Source: Chiloscyllium plagiosum (Eukaryota). From it: a stretch of 56,674 bases of DNA. A program made the position numbers and the translations under genes. Of this stretch, positions 1-12,624 are shown piece after piece (position 1 is the first letter of the stretch; each line of letters starts with the position of its first letter). The notes beneath the pieces were generated by a model that made no database searches, was not told the origin of the DNA, and saw only the letters and a program-made list of their open reading frames with translations. Location: NCBI RefSeq assembly GCF_004010195.1, contig NC_057719.1, positions 56,183,297-56,239,970 of the forward strand. The letters run 5' to 3'.

Positions 1-1545
1 AAAACAAAAGAGTGAAGCAGTGTGTCATTGACACAACAAATAAGAAACATTTCAATTTTTCTCAGGAGTGGGACATGACTACAGACATCTGACAACGATT
101 TAAAAATACAAATTTTTATAACATGAGAATGCCAGAATTCCTATTCTCTCAATATTCTAATTAAATTACATGACCTTACAAAGTAAATTGCATTCAACAA
201 CATAGTAGACACAACATATCAAATCAAAAGTACAGAAGACAAGAACCTATCAGAAATCTTACTCTATTTTGCTCTGGAGTCAGGTTTAGTGTTGATACAG
301 GATTTAAAATTCCAATTTAATATATATTTAAATTTAAAATTAAACAAGTATCTAAGTAACGAAATAGAAAGAGTATGGCTGCAAACCAAGAGGCAGAGAG
401 GGTTGATGTACATTGTACATTTAAATATTAGTCAAGAAGTGGATTAGCAGTGCAATTCACTCCAATACTAAACTTGTAAATGAGCACAAGGGAACAAGTT
501 TATGCCCACAGGTTGAACTACACAGCAATGAATATCTCCACAGTAAATTAGAAGCTCAATAAGTTCCCTTTGGGATTCAAAGGCGACTGACCACAGGAGT
601 TGAAATATTCATTGGAAAAAATGTTGCATGAGTTAGAAACACTACAAAGCTATTTCATGAGCTATTATATTAATAATCATCTTCTCTAATATTTAAGTTT
701 CCAATGTAAAATAATTTTCTGCATCAACACTTGGACATTGTTCTACTGTGTTATCCAAATGCGGATTTCACTGACTCTTTAATTCTCAAATAATCTTGCA
801 CCAAGAATCTTATCAGCTCCTCTGCAAAAATAAGTATCTACAACACTTGTCTTATTTGTTTGCAGTTGCAACTCCACTGTACATTTTAAAAATCCATTAC
901 ATTTGTCAGGCATGATTTAACTTTCTCAAATCCATTTGAACTCTCATTTATCATGTTCAAGTTAATGGATGATTATAATCTCTAGTAGTAATCTGTGATC
1001 ACTCCATCACTGAAGTTTGTTAAGTAGTCTATGACTCTCATGTTGTTGCTTCTACCAACTCTTAATTAGAAAGATTGCCCAAATCAAAGTTTTCAGCCCC
1101 TGAGAATTTTTAAGGTTTTTAAAAGTGGTCTTTACCAAAATTTCCCACTGGCCTTTGTTTTGCTATCCTCAAATGTTTATAACCAAACCCTTTACCTAAT
1201 TTTATCACTCAAAATTTCCTTGTAATAATTACTCATGTCAGTTCCATTCCACCCAATCTATGGCTTGTTTTTATCATTGTGGTTTGTCAACAGAGTGTAA
1301 TTAGATAGGAATGTGATGTTGATTGAATATGTCACAAATTTCTGCAAGTTGTAATTAGCATATGAAGAAGAAATTGTAAAAGTAAGTTTGCATTCAAATC
1401 ATATATTATAAAATTTATTGCTACAGCAACTTTTCAGCAAAAGGTTAGAGGTTTTACAATATTCCCAGTGTTCACCTCAATAAAGTCTGAATAAAAGTGC
1501 AAAATAACATTTCTGTGAGATGATTTTGGAAAGTTTCTAGGGTAA

Positions 1546-1968
1546 TATTTTGCATCAGTATTTACTGTGAAGTATTTTGCATCAGTATTTACTGCGGAAA
1601 AGGATATGAAAGATATAGACTGTAGGGAAATAGAAGGTGACATCTTGCAAAATGTAAAGATGACAGAGTGCTACATGTCTTGAAACACAGAAAAGTGGAT
1701 AAATCCCCAGAACCTGATCAGGTGTACCCTAGAACTCTGTGGGAAGCTAGAGAAATGATTGCTGGGCCTCTTGCTAAGATATTTGTATCATCGATAGTCA
1801 CAGGTGAGGTGCCGGAAGACTGGAGGTTGGCAAACGTGGTGCCACTGTTTAAAAAGGGTGGTAAGGACAAACCAGGGAACAATAGACCACTGAGCCTGAC
1901 ATTGGTGGTGGACAAGTTGTTGGAGGGAATCCTGAGGGACAGGATGTACATGTATTTGGAAAGGCAAG
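1546..1968 (+). mobile_element. CR1 LINE internal ORF2 fragment (abundant family A)
   Basis: Translates to VDKSPEPDQVYPRTLWEARE...EDWRLANVVPLFKKG, near-identical to CR1 copies at 28.0-28.5 kb and 42.6-43.0 kb. It lacks the 3' tail. A 22-nt segment is duplicated at the 5' junction (1546-1567 and 1573-1594). Confidence 0.9.
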
Positions 1969-2302
1969 TTTTCCAAATAACTACATGATGCCAGAAATGC
2001 TTACTTCAATGAAAAGACAACTTTTGTGAGCAAATTTCATCAGGAGCATGCTTTTCTCTCACCGGCACTAAAATAACTCCACAGAAGCCAGTATCCCAAC
2101 ACCAAGTCACCCTTTATTTACGCATGGAGAGTCCTTGATACTGATCCAGTGCCCTCAGAATCAGATCTGAGTGAACAAGATGTCTGACACTCCTGTTTGT
2201 ACCTGTCAGCCAGGGCTCCCTGATTTGATCAGATTAACAGCCCAAATCAGGGAACTCATATTCTATGAAGTCCTCCCAGCTAACCTCATTACAGTCACTG
2301 TG
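1969..2302 (-). mobile_element. Gypsy-like LTR retrotransposon remnant: 5' LTR (~2302-2069), PBS-like motif and start of gag
   Basis: On the - strand, a ~234-bp segment contains AATAAA and ends GTTATTTTA. It is followed by TGCCGGTGAG (resembles a TGGCGACGAG-type PBS) and then ATG-TAG-TTA-TTT-GGA-AAA-CTT, which looks like a decayed gag start. The TG/CA termini are mutated. Assignment is from pattern recognition. Confidence 0.55.
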
Positions 2303-2319
2303 GACTAATGAAGTAGTCT

Positions 2320-2700
2320 GATTCTCTTTAGAACAGTGAAGGCTGAAGGAAATTTAATATAGATGTTCTAAGTCATGAAGTGTTTGAAAGCCTAAATTCG
2401 GAAGAGCTGTTTTCAGTGGCAGAAGACCCAATAATCAGAAGGCACAGATTTAAGTTAATTGGTAAAAGGTCCAGTGACAAGATGAAGTCAGAATGTTAAT
2501 GTAGCAAACTGAAAAGATCTGGATTGCAGTACCTGAAAGGAAGATAAAAGCTAATTCAACAATAACTTTCGATGAATAAATACTTGGGGAAAATACCTAT
2601 AGAGCCCTTGGGCAAGGATGGGGAAGTGAGAGTAACAGGCTAGCTCTTTTGTAGAGCCAACCTTGGTAGGTCAAGCAAAATGGGCTCTTTCATTGCTCTC
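2320..2700 (+). mobile_element. Old, highly diverged CR1-type 3' fragment
   Basis: Degenerate match to the CR1 ORF2 C-terminus (ttctctttagaacagtgaaggctgaagg...ggcacagatttaag). Confidence 0.55.
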
Positions 2701-3269
2701 CATTAAGTTGAGAATAAGAATAAATATCAATGCTCGCATATTTTCAGAAAGAGTAATTGACAGGAATACAATTTTAAATGCTGTTAGTTGGTTGGTTCAG
2801 TTTCAAGAAAACTGCAGGAAATGAGCATTCTGCAATAAATCATGTAATTGCAATTTGACAAGTTCTAATTCATTTGAAACCTCTCATGTTTTGCTCAACT
2901 AAAAATTCAAAAAATATTTAATGATCTCCTGGTATAATAATTGAAAGGAAATAGTCTCAGTAATTAGCAATGGTCCGTTGAGTAACTGTATATGCAATAA
3001 ACTCAAATCAATTTAATTACTATGTTAAGTAAATTTCCAACAGTAAAAGTCTTGGAGAAAAAAATATATCATGCTATTTAGCTCATTTTCACTGTGATAA
3101 TTACTATATTTACACTTCAGATCAGGAAAGATGTGAAAACAGAAGCAATATCAGATACCTTAGAAAATAACTGTAACACCAAAAACATAATCAATTCCAT
3201 GTCAAATTAAACATCCAAAGATGATTATCCAAAATGTGTCATGGAATACATTTTTCAAAAATGTATTAT

Positions 3270-4190
3270 TTTACAGGATATGCACATCACTGGCTAAGCC
3301 AGCAACTAGTGACCATCACTAATTGTCCCCATGAAAGTGGTAGTGAGTCACTATTTCGAATTGCAGCAATGCATGTGGTGTAGAAAGACACACGGTACTG
3401 TTAGGAACAAAGTTCCAGGATTTTGATCCAACCACAATGAAGAAACAGTGATACCTCCAAGCAGGATAGTGTGTGATTTGAAAAAGAACTGACAGATGTT
3501 GGGTGTTTCCATGCATCTGCTGCCTTTGGCCTTCTAAGTAGTAAAAGTCTCAACCTTGCTGTTGAATGACCCTTAGTAGTTTGTTGCAGTGCACACTGGT
3601 ACATATTACTTGACGCTGTGCATCAGTGGTGAAGGGAACAAATATTTTAAGTAGTGCTTTAACTGCTTTGGTCTGCATGGTGTCAAGGTTGAGTGTTCTT
3701 GAAGTTGCATTCATTCAGACAAGTGGACAGTACTCCAGCACACACCTAACTTATGCCTTGTAGATCATGGACAGTCTGTGGGGAGTCAGATGAGTTACTC
3801 ATTGCAAAAACCCCAACCTCTGATCCATTCTTATAGCCACAGTATTTATATGGCTGGTGCAGTCCAGTTTATTGTGGGGAATTTAATGATGGTAATGCAA
3901 TTGAACATCAAGGAGAGATTATTAGATTCTCTTTAATTGGAGATAGAGGTTGTCTATGGCACTTATGTGGTGCAAACAATAATTACTACTTACCAGCCCA
4001 AGCCTGGACACTGACTGAATCTTGCTACCTATGACCAAAGGACTGCTTCTGTATCTGCGGAGTTGCAAATGGTGCTGAACATTGTGCAATCAGCGAGATC
4101 AACATTTCTAACTATGGTGGAGGCAAGATCATTGATGAAGCAGCTGAAAGATACTTGGGGCCAAGGACACTACCCTGAGGAACCCCTGCA
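3270..4190 (-). mobile_element. CR1-group LINE family B, RT C-terminus to 3' tail
   Basis: Reverse complement aligns by eye with the + strand copies at 46.8-47.8 kb and 49.6-50.45 kb (e.g. ggatcaaaatcctggaac...cctaacag). Confidence 0.75.
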
Positions 4191-4280
4191 AGTCAATACA
4201 TCCTTATGAGTCAGAAGCCAGCAGCAGAGGCAGAATACATAGACACTGGTATTACTCCTGGCCCACAGTCCCAGCACTCT

Positions 4281-5460
4281 CCAAATCTATCCCCAGCCCA
4301 AATACAGTGGGCCCTAATCCCAACTCAAACACAATTGGCCCCAATCCCAACTCAAACACAATTGGCCCCAATCCTAACCCAAACACGTGGACCCAGTCCC
4401 AATCCAAACACAGTGGGCCCCAATCCCAACCCAAACATAGTCGGCCCCAGTCCCAAACCTTATACTGTGGGCCCCAGTCCCCAACCAAACACAGTAGGCC
4501 TCAGTCCCCAACCAAACACAGTAGGCCTCAGTCCCCAACCAAACACAGTGGGCCTCAGTCCCCAACCAAACACAGTAGGCCTCAGTCCCCAACCAAACAC
4601 AGTGGGCCCCAGTCCCAAATCGTACACTGTGGGTCCCAATCCCAACTCAAACACAGTGGGCCCCGGTCCCCAACCAAACACAGTAGGCCTCAGTCCCCAA
4701 CCAAACACAGTAGGCCTCAGTCCCCAACCAAACACAGTGGGCCCCAGTCCCAAACAGTATACTGTGGGCCCCAGTCCCAAATTGTACACTGTGGGTCCCA
4801 ATCCCAACTCAAACATAGTGGGTCCCAGTCCCAACTCAAACACAGTGGGCCCCGGTCCCAAACCAAACACAGTAGGCCCCAGTCCCAACCCAAACACAGT
4901 GGGCCCAGTCCCAAACCAAACACTATGGGCCCCAGTCCCAAACCTAGCACAGTAGGCCCTGATCCTAACCCAAACACTGTGGGCCCCACTCCCAACCCTA
5001 GCACAGTTGACCCCAGTCCCAGCCCCAGCACAATGGACCCAGTCCCAACCGTAGCACAGTATGCTCCCATCCCAAGCCAAACACAGTGGGCCCCAGTCCT
5101 TACATAAACAGAGTGTGCCCAGTCCTAACCCTAACACAGTGGGGAGTGTGATGCTGGAAGAGCACAGCAGGTCAGGCAGCATCTAAGGAGTAGGAGAGTC
5201 AACATTTCAGGCAAAAGCCCTTCGTCCTGATGAAGGCCCTTTGCCCAAAACGTCGAATCTCCTGCTCCTTGGATGCTGCCTGACCTGCTGTGCTTTTCCA
5301 GTACCACACTCACGACTCTAATTTCCAGCATCTGCAGTGCTCACTTTTGCCAAGCACAGTGGGCCCCCATCCCAAAACAAACACTGTGGGGTCCAGTACC
5401 AACACAATCATAACAGCCCCATTTCACTTCAACCCAAGCACAGCGATCCCACCCCACCTC
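4281..5460. repeat. 27-bp minisatellite (consensus ~AACACAGTGGGCCCCAGTCCCAACCCA), ~32 units to 5143, resuming in degenerate form after an insertion
   Basis: Directly visible tandem array. The translations repeat every 9 aa (NTVGLSPQP). Interrupted by the element at 5144-5354. Confidence 0.95.
5144..5354 (+). mobile_element. Short fold-back element derived from a Penelope terminal repeat (family P1)
   Basis: Inverted arms (gtgtgatgctggaagagcacagcaggtcaggcagcatc... / ...gatgctgcctgacctgctgtgcttttccagtaccacac) plus the tail ccagcatctgcagtgctcactttt. Same sequence as the terminus of the GIY-YIG Penelope element at 27.7-27.8 kb. Possible TSD CACAGTGGG (5135-5143 / 5355-5363), which is ambiguous within the array. 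Confidence 0.85.
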
Positions 5461-5939
5461 AACACCAACCCACTTCAACACCAGCCTGAGCGTAGGAGCC
5501 CTGTCCCAACAGAGACTCTGCATTTTGACCAGCTACTAGTAGGGGGTTTAGGCTGAAAACAAAAAGACAAACTAGTACACAACAGCAGGAAGCATAGTAG
5601 CTCTCTTTACCCATATAATAGACACATCACATTAGTCTTTTGGACATACTAGTACTAACATAATAGCTCTACTGAAACAAGTTGATGAGGGGTGTGGCTA
5701 CTTTTAAAGCACAAGTCTTCAATGTTACTACTGGAATATTGTGAAAGCTCATTGCTTTTCCTCTACCCATTGCTGTCAGTCACTTCTTAATGATCACACG
5801 AAATGAACCAGATGGCTAAAGACTGTAATGTTGAAAACAACAGATCAGCTGAAGATAGGTCACCCATTTCGCACTTCTAGCAAAACGTTGACTGCAAATG
5901 TTTCAACCTGGTGTGTTGGGTGCTACCACCATTAAGTGA

Positions 5940-6790
5940 TGTTTGTAGATCCTGCTCTTCCAGTTAGTTGTTTAATTGCTCACCACCACTCACAACTCAA
6001 TGTGGAAAGATTGCAGAGCTTTGATCTAATCTGTTGATTGTGAGATCACTTTGCTCTGTCTATAGCGCGTTTTTTTAACCCGCTTAGAATGCATGTGGTC
6101 CTACGTAGTGCTTCATCTGGCTGGCATTCTTTTCTGCATATCTCTGAATGATCCTCTAGCTTGAAGATAATTGATAAAGTAAAGGATATGCTGTGTCATG
6201 AGGTTACAGATTGTGAGTGAATACAATTCTACTGCTGCTGTTGAATGGATGCCTAGTTTTGATCTCTAGGTCAGACTAAATCTACCCTTTATTGCATGAC
6301 AGTAATGCTGGAAGGTATCCTCAATGTAAAGTTGGAACTTAGTCTCAAGGATTGTGAGTGGTCACTCCTATTAATATTGTCATGGACAAGTACATCTACA
6401 ACCAGTAAATTGGGAAGGGCAAGGTATGGTAGGTTATTTCCTCTAATTGTTTCTTTTACCACCTATGTCCTTTCGGACCTAACCAGTTTAGTCAAGAATT
6501 ATTACCATAGAGACATTGAAGTTCCCCAACCATAGCACATCCTGTCTCCTTGCTACACTCAGTGACTTTTTGACATGGTATTCAACATGGAGGGGTTACT
6601 GATTCATCAGCTAAGGAAGGATGCAGGTGGTAATTAGCAGGAGGTTTTCTTACCCATCTTTGACCTGATGTCATGAGACTTCACGGGATCCGAATGTTGA
6701 GGACTCTCTAGGTCACTCCTTCCCAAATGCTTACTAATGCACTACCACCTCTGGTAAGTACGTCCATTTGAAAAGCAGGATATTCCTTTG
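5940..6790 (-). mobile_element. CR1-group LINE family B, endonuclease/linker region, degenerate
   Basis: Reverse complement matches 12.0-12.4 kb and 13.6-14.3 kb. Confidence 0.65.
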
Positions 6791-7020
6791 GATATGTAGA
6801 TAATTACTAATTCCTTTTGGACCACATAGACATCATTCACAAGCACTCTTCTATTCACCATGCCACTGAGGTCCACAACAATGCAACCAAATTGATCAGG
6901 CATGACCTGACATTCACAAATCCATGCTGATTCTCTTTAATCGGACCATAATTACCCAAGTACTGAGTCAACCTGGCCTTGATTCCAGTAATTTCTCCAC
7001 ATTTGATATAAACCTGACAG
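6790..7020 (-). mobile_element. Old CR1 RT fragment
   Basis: ORF 6855-7049 contains IKENQHGFVNVRSCLINL, the CR1 QHGF..RSCL.NL motif. Confidence 0.7.
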
Positions 7021-7593
7021 GTCAATATGTGTGTCATCTCTCTCACCATAACTTAAGAGTCATAAAGTCATTGAGTCTACAGCATGGCAACAGATCTTTT
7101 GGTCCAACTTGTCTATGCCAACCAGACATCCCAATCTGACCTGGTCCCATTTGCCAGCAATTCACCTATATCCCTCTAAATCCGTCCTATTCATATACCC
7201 ATCTAGATGCCTTTGAAATGTAATTATACCTGCCTCCACCACCTCCTCTGGCAGCTCATCCCACACAAACACAGCTCTGTGTGAAAAAGTTAACCCTCAA
7301 GACCTTTTTAAATCTTCCCCCTCTCACCTTGAACCTATGCCCTCTATTTTTGGTCTCTCCCACCCAAGGAAAAAGACCTTGACTATTCACCCTATCTATG
7401 TCCCTCATGATTTTATGAATCTCTATACAGTCACCCCCCCAGCCTCTAACACTCCAGGGAAAAAAAAAGCCTCAGCCTGTTCAGGCTCTTCTATAACTCA
7501 AACCCAAGCCTGGCAAAACCCTGGTAAATATTTTTTGCACCATCCCAAGCTTAACGGCATCCTTCCTATTGAAAGGCAACCTGAATTAAATGC

Positions 7594-7782
7594 TAAAAAT
7601 CACACAACACCAGGTTATAGTCCAACAGGTTTAATTGGAAGCACACTAGCTTTCAGAGCGACGCTCCTTCATCAGGTGCGTCGCTCCGAAAGCTAGTGTG
7701 CTTCCAATTAAACCTGTTGGACTATAACCTGGTGTTGTGTGATTTTTAACTTTGTACACCCCAGTCCAACACCGGAATCTCC
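7594..7782 (+). mobile_element. 189-bp fold-back element (family P2, Penelope-terminus-like) with 11-bp TSD
   Basis: 71-bp inverted arms at 7594-7664 and 7678-7748 (1 mismatch), a 13-nt spacer and a 34-nt unpaired tail. TSD GAATTAAATGC at 7583-7593 and 7783-7793. Confidence 0.9.
7642..7680 (-). ncRNA. Minimal type-I hammerhead ribozyme motif (predicted)
   Basis: The - strand reads CGCAC-CUGAUGA-A-GGAGC(GUC)GCUCU-GAAA-G-CUA-GUGUG: core boxes, stem II, stem I CGCAC/GUGUG and a loopless palindromic stem III (AGCU). Predicted cut after CUA (7647/7646). Confidence 0.7.
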
Positions 7783-7886
7783 GAATTAAATGCAGTATTC
7801 TAAAAGTGGTCTCACCAATGTCCTGTCCAGCCACAACATGACATCCCAACACCTATACTCAATGTTCTGACTAATGAAGGAAAGAC

Positions 7887-8005
7887 ATGAATCATACAGC
7901 ACTGGAACAAATCCTTCAGTTGACCAAGTTTCCCAAACTAATCTAGTCCTACTTGCCTGACTTTGGCCCATGTCCCTCTAAACTTTCCCTATTCATGTTC
8001 CTAAC
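7887..8005 (-). mobile_element. CR1 3' tail fragment
   Basis: atcatacagcactggaacaaatccttcagt...atgtccctctaaactttccctattcat matches the CR1 3' UTR. Confidence 0.75.
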
Positions 8006-8329
8006 TGGTGAGAGATGTTTGTAATTTTCCAAGTTATTGAATTGAATATCCTTTGGAATATCCTTTATTATCAAGATACAATTCATAGACCTATGCAGCT
8101 TTGGAAAATTATGACTACTTCCAGATGGATCATAATGTGGATAAGAATACAAATATACTTCAGAAATAACCTCAATCATAACATGAGGCACAGTTTTTGT
8201 TTCACAGTTTTATTAATTGAAACTTATGACAGAAAAGAATGTTCGAGTTAGCTGGCTAGGTAAATGGGTAGCAATTCTTTTATTGGCAATTGCTAATTTG
8301 GTCTAAATTGATAGTTTATAAAATACAAT

Positions 8330-8640
8330 GTGTATTTATATAGTACCTGTAATATAATAAAATACATCCAGGTGCTTCATTGGCAGGTTTTCAAACAAAT
8401 TTGACACTTTAATAGCAGAAGCAAATATTAGATCAGAATACCTTTTACCAACGTCCTAAAGGGAGATCAAGAGCCAGTGGGCTTTTAAGAAAGACATTCC
8501 AGAGATTAGGGTCTCAGCAGCAAGTAGTATGGCTGCCAATGGTGGAGCAATTAAAATTTGGAATATCCAAGTAACCAGAATTGAAGGAATACAGATATTT
8601 CATGTTGTAATATTGAAGAGATTTACGGAGTTAAGGAGAA
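8330..8640 (-). mobile_element. Probable old L2-type LINE 3' fragment
   Basis: Pattern resemblance only (...attccagagattagggtc...ggctgccaatggtggagcaatt). A similar style of sequence occurs at 9300-9530. Confidence 0.4.
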
Positions 8641-10615
8641 GCTCGGTCATAAGAGGATCAACTTCCCAGCAAGCTCCAGGACCATGACACCAGGACCATA
8701 TGTGGGTCCTAACCCCTGACATGTCAGCCCTACCTGCCTCCATGATCTTCCTGGGGGCAACGTCTAAATAGGTATGACAGCCTTGCTCTACAGACTGGAG
8801 AGCCAATCAGAAAACAATGTGTGGGTGTCCAGCAACGCCACTGTGAGAGGTGGGAATGCCTGATGAAAAGATCTAAGACTACTGAAAGAGTTGCCATACC
8901 TGCATGGTCTGGATTATGGAAAGGAAACCATTCCACCTTGGATGGCACAATGCCACACTTGGGCACCCCTCCTAACCACATACCAGGACAAGGGTATAGA
9001 AGATATTTAAAGAAAGCATTAATGTCCTTCTGGGCTGTCACCAGGAGGCTGCCTTCAGTAACCTTCCAAGTTTCAGCCTCAGGAGGAGGTATCTGCTGCC
9101 AGCAACATTAAGGTGACATCTTCAATTGGCACGCAATAAGAATTTAATTTATCTTACTTAGCTACCTTCCAGTGCTGTTCAAAGTCTGCCTCCAGAAGTA
9201 TCACTCAGAGTTATGGAGTCACTCTGATACATGATTCTCTGAGTTTTCTTCTGCTTCTGCATTGAAACATATCTCTTCAGGGCTGGAATGATTTAGTCCA
9301 AACATGAATATTTCAAAATTGACTTATTGTTGAATTTGGAGCCACTGTAGGGTCAGTGATTGCTAGGGTGATTGTTGAATCCAGATAAAGGCAGCAAAGG
9401 TCAAATGAATAGAAGGTAGAAGATGGAGTACTGGCCAGTACTATTACACAATGTACAACTCTGTAGATAACAAAGAGATGGGTGAGGGTTTCAACAGCAG
9501 ATAAGCCAACACAGAGGTACAATCAGGTCATTAAATTGAGCTCTTTGCAAAATGAATACACATTTTACTCTGCAACAATGAAGAATCTTCCAAAGGTTAA
9601 CCAGATTTTTATGTCATTATTATAGTCTCCCCAGCATAGTCACATACCATATAGGACTTGTAAAAGGACAAATTAAATGCTTACAGGCACAAAATCATAG
9701 GTTTGCTGACTGACAGATTCTGTTCATGAAGTAAAGGTAAATTTAATTGAACATTGCTAAGAATACAATCTATAACTTCTAAAGTTCGTTTGATGGATGG
9801 TGACTTTGAATTCGAGGACAAGATCATTTATATGTTGAAAAGAAAGCAACAGTTCACAAATTGATGATCAAGCTAAATATATTTTTAAAAATTGGAAGGG
9901 CTTCAATTTTGAAGCTTCATAAACTGTCTTCTTGCTGTCTTAACCTTTACATTTCTCAATCTAGCTCAGATACTTAACAAAACACATTAATTCTCAAGTT
10001 TGGTTTAAAACAACATATTTTGGAACATCTGCGGCTAAGAAACCCCAATCTGTACACTTTGATAATTGGCAAAAAGACACACCTAACCTTCACGGATTTT
10101 CAACTTTTCACACAGGGACTGGGTTCACAGCGCCTTTTGCAATATAATTTAAAAGCCCCCTAAATGTGACCTCTCACTTTATGCCATACCACAGAATCGC
10201 CATGCCATCCCAGGCTTCTCACATTCCCCCATACTACCTCATTCTCCATATTACCCCACGCCAACTCTATACTCCATGTATCATTCATAGCACTGATCCA
10301 GTGTGCGCCATGTTACAATTTTCAGCAGCCATGCTGCAACAATGAGAATTCTTAAAAATTATTGTAAAAACCATGAAACCGCTAATAGTTGAAGAAATCC
10401 TGAACTCGAACTCACTATCAGTGATACGGGGTCAAAACCCCAAGAAAATAGAAGTTGTGATCCTTGAAGAGCCTATTAGGCATTTATGTAAACAAGAAAT
10501 CATGTTAAAGATACCTGGCATGATTGTTCTGGTTGGTGATGTTTCCAACAAGCATTAGTTGGCTGTGAACTAGATTTCCAGCCCTCACTCTGGCAGAGGT
10601 CCTGCCTTAGAGAAC

Positions 10616-10705
10616 AGTCAGAGTTGAGAGCATGGTGCTGGAAAAACACAGCCAGTCAGGCAACATCCAAGGAACAGGGGAGTCGATGTTTCGAGCAAAA
10701 GCCTA
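10616..10705 (-). mobile_element. Single arm of the P1 Penelope terminal repeat
   Basis: gagcatggtgctggaaaaacacagccagtcaggcaacatccaaggaacaggggagtcgatgtttcgagcaaaagcc matches the left arm at 5145-5222. Confidence 0.8.
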
Positions 10706-11421
10706 GTCCTCAGAGAGCAGTCAGCCAAACTGAGTAGCCAGCTGCTCTGTCATCCCAGCAGCGCCAGTGGCACAAGTGGCCAGGATTGGGATTACAAATC
10801 ATCCCCAGATTCCACGTGCTGGAGTACAGGAGCAGGAAAGAGTGCATTGTCTCATGATGAGACAGGGAGGTGAGTCCTAGGTTATGGGGAACCAAGATAA
10901 GAATCTTGGTGAGAAGGGCAGAAGGGTGGATGAAGAATCACAGAGGCAGTGAGGGGGAAGGGGCATGGGAGGCGTGGTTCTTTGGAGGGGGCCCACTGTG
11001 GAAAGGGGCCCTTGAGGGAAGCACCTCCATTCTTTCTGACCAAGTATAGGCTGGGTGACCTTCAACCCATTTCCTGCTGCTGAACTCTCTCCTGCCTTGA
11101 CAGTGGGACAAACCTCTGATTTTGTGCAAGGTGGGAAGAGGTCCTTGAAGGACCTTAAGGGCTTCAATTGAGGTGAGGTTGGAATATCTGAATGAGGCCT
11201 CACCCACCCAGGTAAAATTGCGGACAAATCGAGCCTGAGTGGGAATCACAGCGGACAGGTCGCCAGGCAGTGTTTGGACCAGCATGACTTGAAAAAACTG
11301 GTGGAGTAACCATAAAATTCTGCCTATGATCTGGTTATTATAACTTCATAAAAGTTTCAATAGATGTTGGATCAATAAGACCATCTGATGAGCTGACACT
11401 TTGAAACACAACCAAGCTCAG

Positions 11422-12390
11422 TGGGGAGGTGGTGATTTAGTGGTAATGTCACTGTTTTAGTAACCACAGGCCCAGGTTAATGGTTATTGTAAATTGCCAC
11501 AAAGATCCAAAAGGCTTATTAATTCTTTTGAGGGAATGAATTCTATCATCCTTACCAAATTTGACCTATATGTGACTCCAGCCCCACAGCAATGTGGTTG
11601 ACTCTTAATGACCTCTGAAATGGTCCTAACAAGCCACTCAGTTGTGCCAACCAATACAAAGACACAAACACCTGCTGTCTTTCACTGTGTCTCACACCTG
11701 CACATACACACGACCTGGGTGCTGGGGAAAATATAAGCACTATCGCTGTTAGGCGGTAGTACGGGGGAAATTAAAAAAATACAAAGGCACAAACAAAGAA
11801 ATGAAACTGACAGACTACCCAGCATTGAGTTTGACATTGGAAATGGCAACAACATTGTGTCAACTTGTAAAGTCCTCCTTACCAACATCTGTAAACTCGT
11901 GGCAAATTTAGAAGAGCTATTCCACAGTTGAGACAATCAACAGACTGACACAGTCATACTCATACAATCATACCTTGCAGACAAAGCCCCTTACCATCGC
12001 TGAGTGTGTCCTATCCATCAGCAGGGCAGATCCAATGTAGCTGACCATGCGGCAATTTACAGTCAGGCAGGAAGTTGCCCTGGGAATCCTCAACATGGAT
12101 ATCGGATGCTATGAAGACTCATATCATCAAGTTAAACATGGACAAGGAAACATTTTGCTGATTACTATCTATCACCTCTTCATCGGCTGATGAATCAATA
12201 CTCCCTCATGTTTAATGCAAATGAAGAATTCTGAGGGGGGTAAGGGCACAGAATGTACTCTTGGTGAGGACATAACATCCATCAAGAGTGGCTCAGCAGC
12301 AACATCAATTGAGTGAGCTGGCAAATGCTAAAGGAAATAGTAGGTCTGTGGCTGGTGGCAAAGGTTCAACAAGAAGGAAAAACCTACCTG
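11422..12390 (+). mobile_element. LINE family B 5' portion: SINE-like head plus APE endonuclease start
   Basis: A-box-like tggtgatttagtgg near 11430 and the core ccacagcaatgtggttgactcttaa near 11585. From ~11868 the frame reads KVLLTNICKLVANLEELFHS*DNQQTDTVILIQSYL, an APE-like N-terminus. Confidence 0.65.
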
Positions 12391-12624
12391 ACACAAATGA
12401 AACTGATTCTACTGCGCAAATAGTAGACAGACAAAAATGAAAAAAACAAAACTAGCCTAGAATGATAATATAACAGCTTGATGCTGCTGAAATAGCAAAT
12501 AGTTCAATCCATTAGCGTAGAGCATTATCTATAAGCAAGCAATACTGAGGAGAAAAGCCAATAATCAATCCACAGTCTGGGCTTAATTAGCTGATCTCAG
12601 TCTGTCTGACGGCAGAGACCTTCG

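Larger units (their letters stand above)
7056..7886 (-). mobile_element. CR1 family A 3' end, interrupted by the insertion at 7594-7782
   Basis: Tail repeat (agagtcat) at 7056. Encodes WDVMLWLDRTLVRPLLEYCI and matches the other family A 3' ends. Confidence 0.9.

Noticed and set aside
4281..5143. CRISPR-like array
   Set aside because: Units are contiguous with no unique spacers, the context is vertebrate, and there are no cas genes.
4206..5182. 249/266/240-aa Pro/Gly-rich ORFs as a mucin- or collagen-like gene
   Set aside because: They arise from a 27-bp minisatellite that is open in several frames on both strands, is interrupted by a transposon, and has no supporting splice or promoter context.
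7594..7782. Classifying the palindromic elements as DNA-transposon MITEs or miRNA hairpins
   Set aside because: The asymmetric tail, variable 9-15 bp TSDs, hammerhead motif and (for P1) identity with a GIY-YIG Penelope terminus favour a retroelement origin.
7949..9900. Short ORFs in unique AT-rich DNA (e.g. 7949-8191, 8730-9041, ~9781-9865) as exons
   Set aside because: No recognisable protein similarity and no consistent splice-site pairs.
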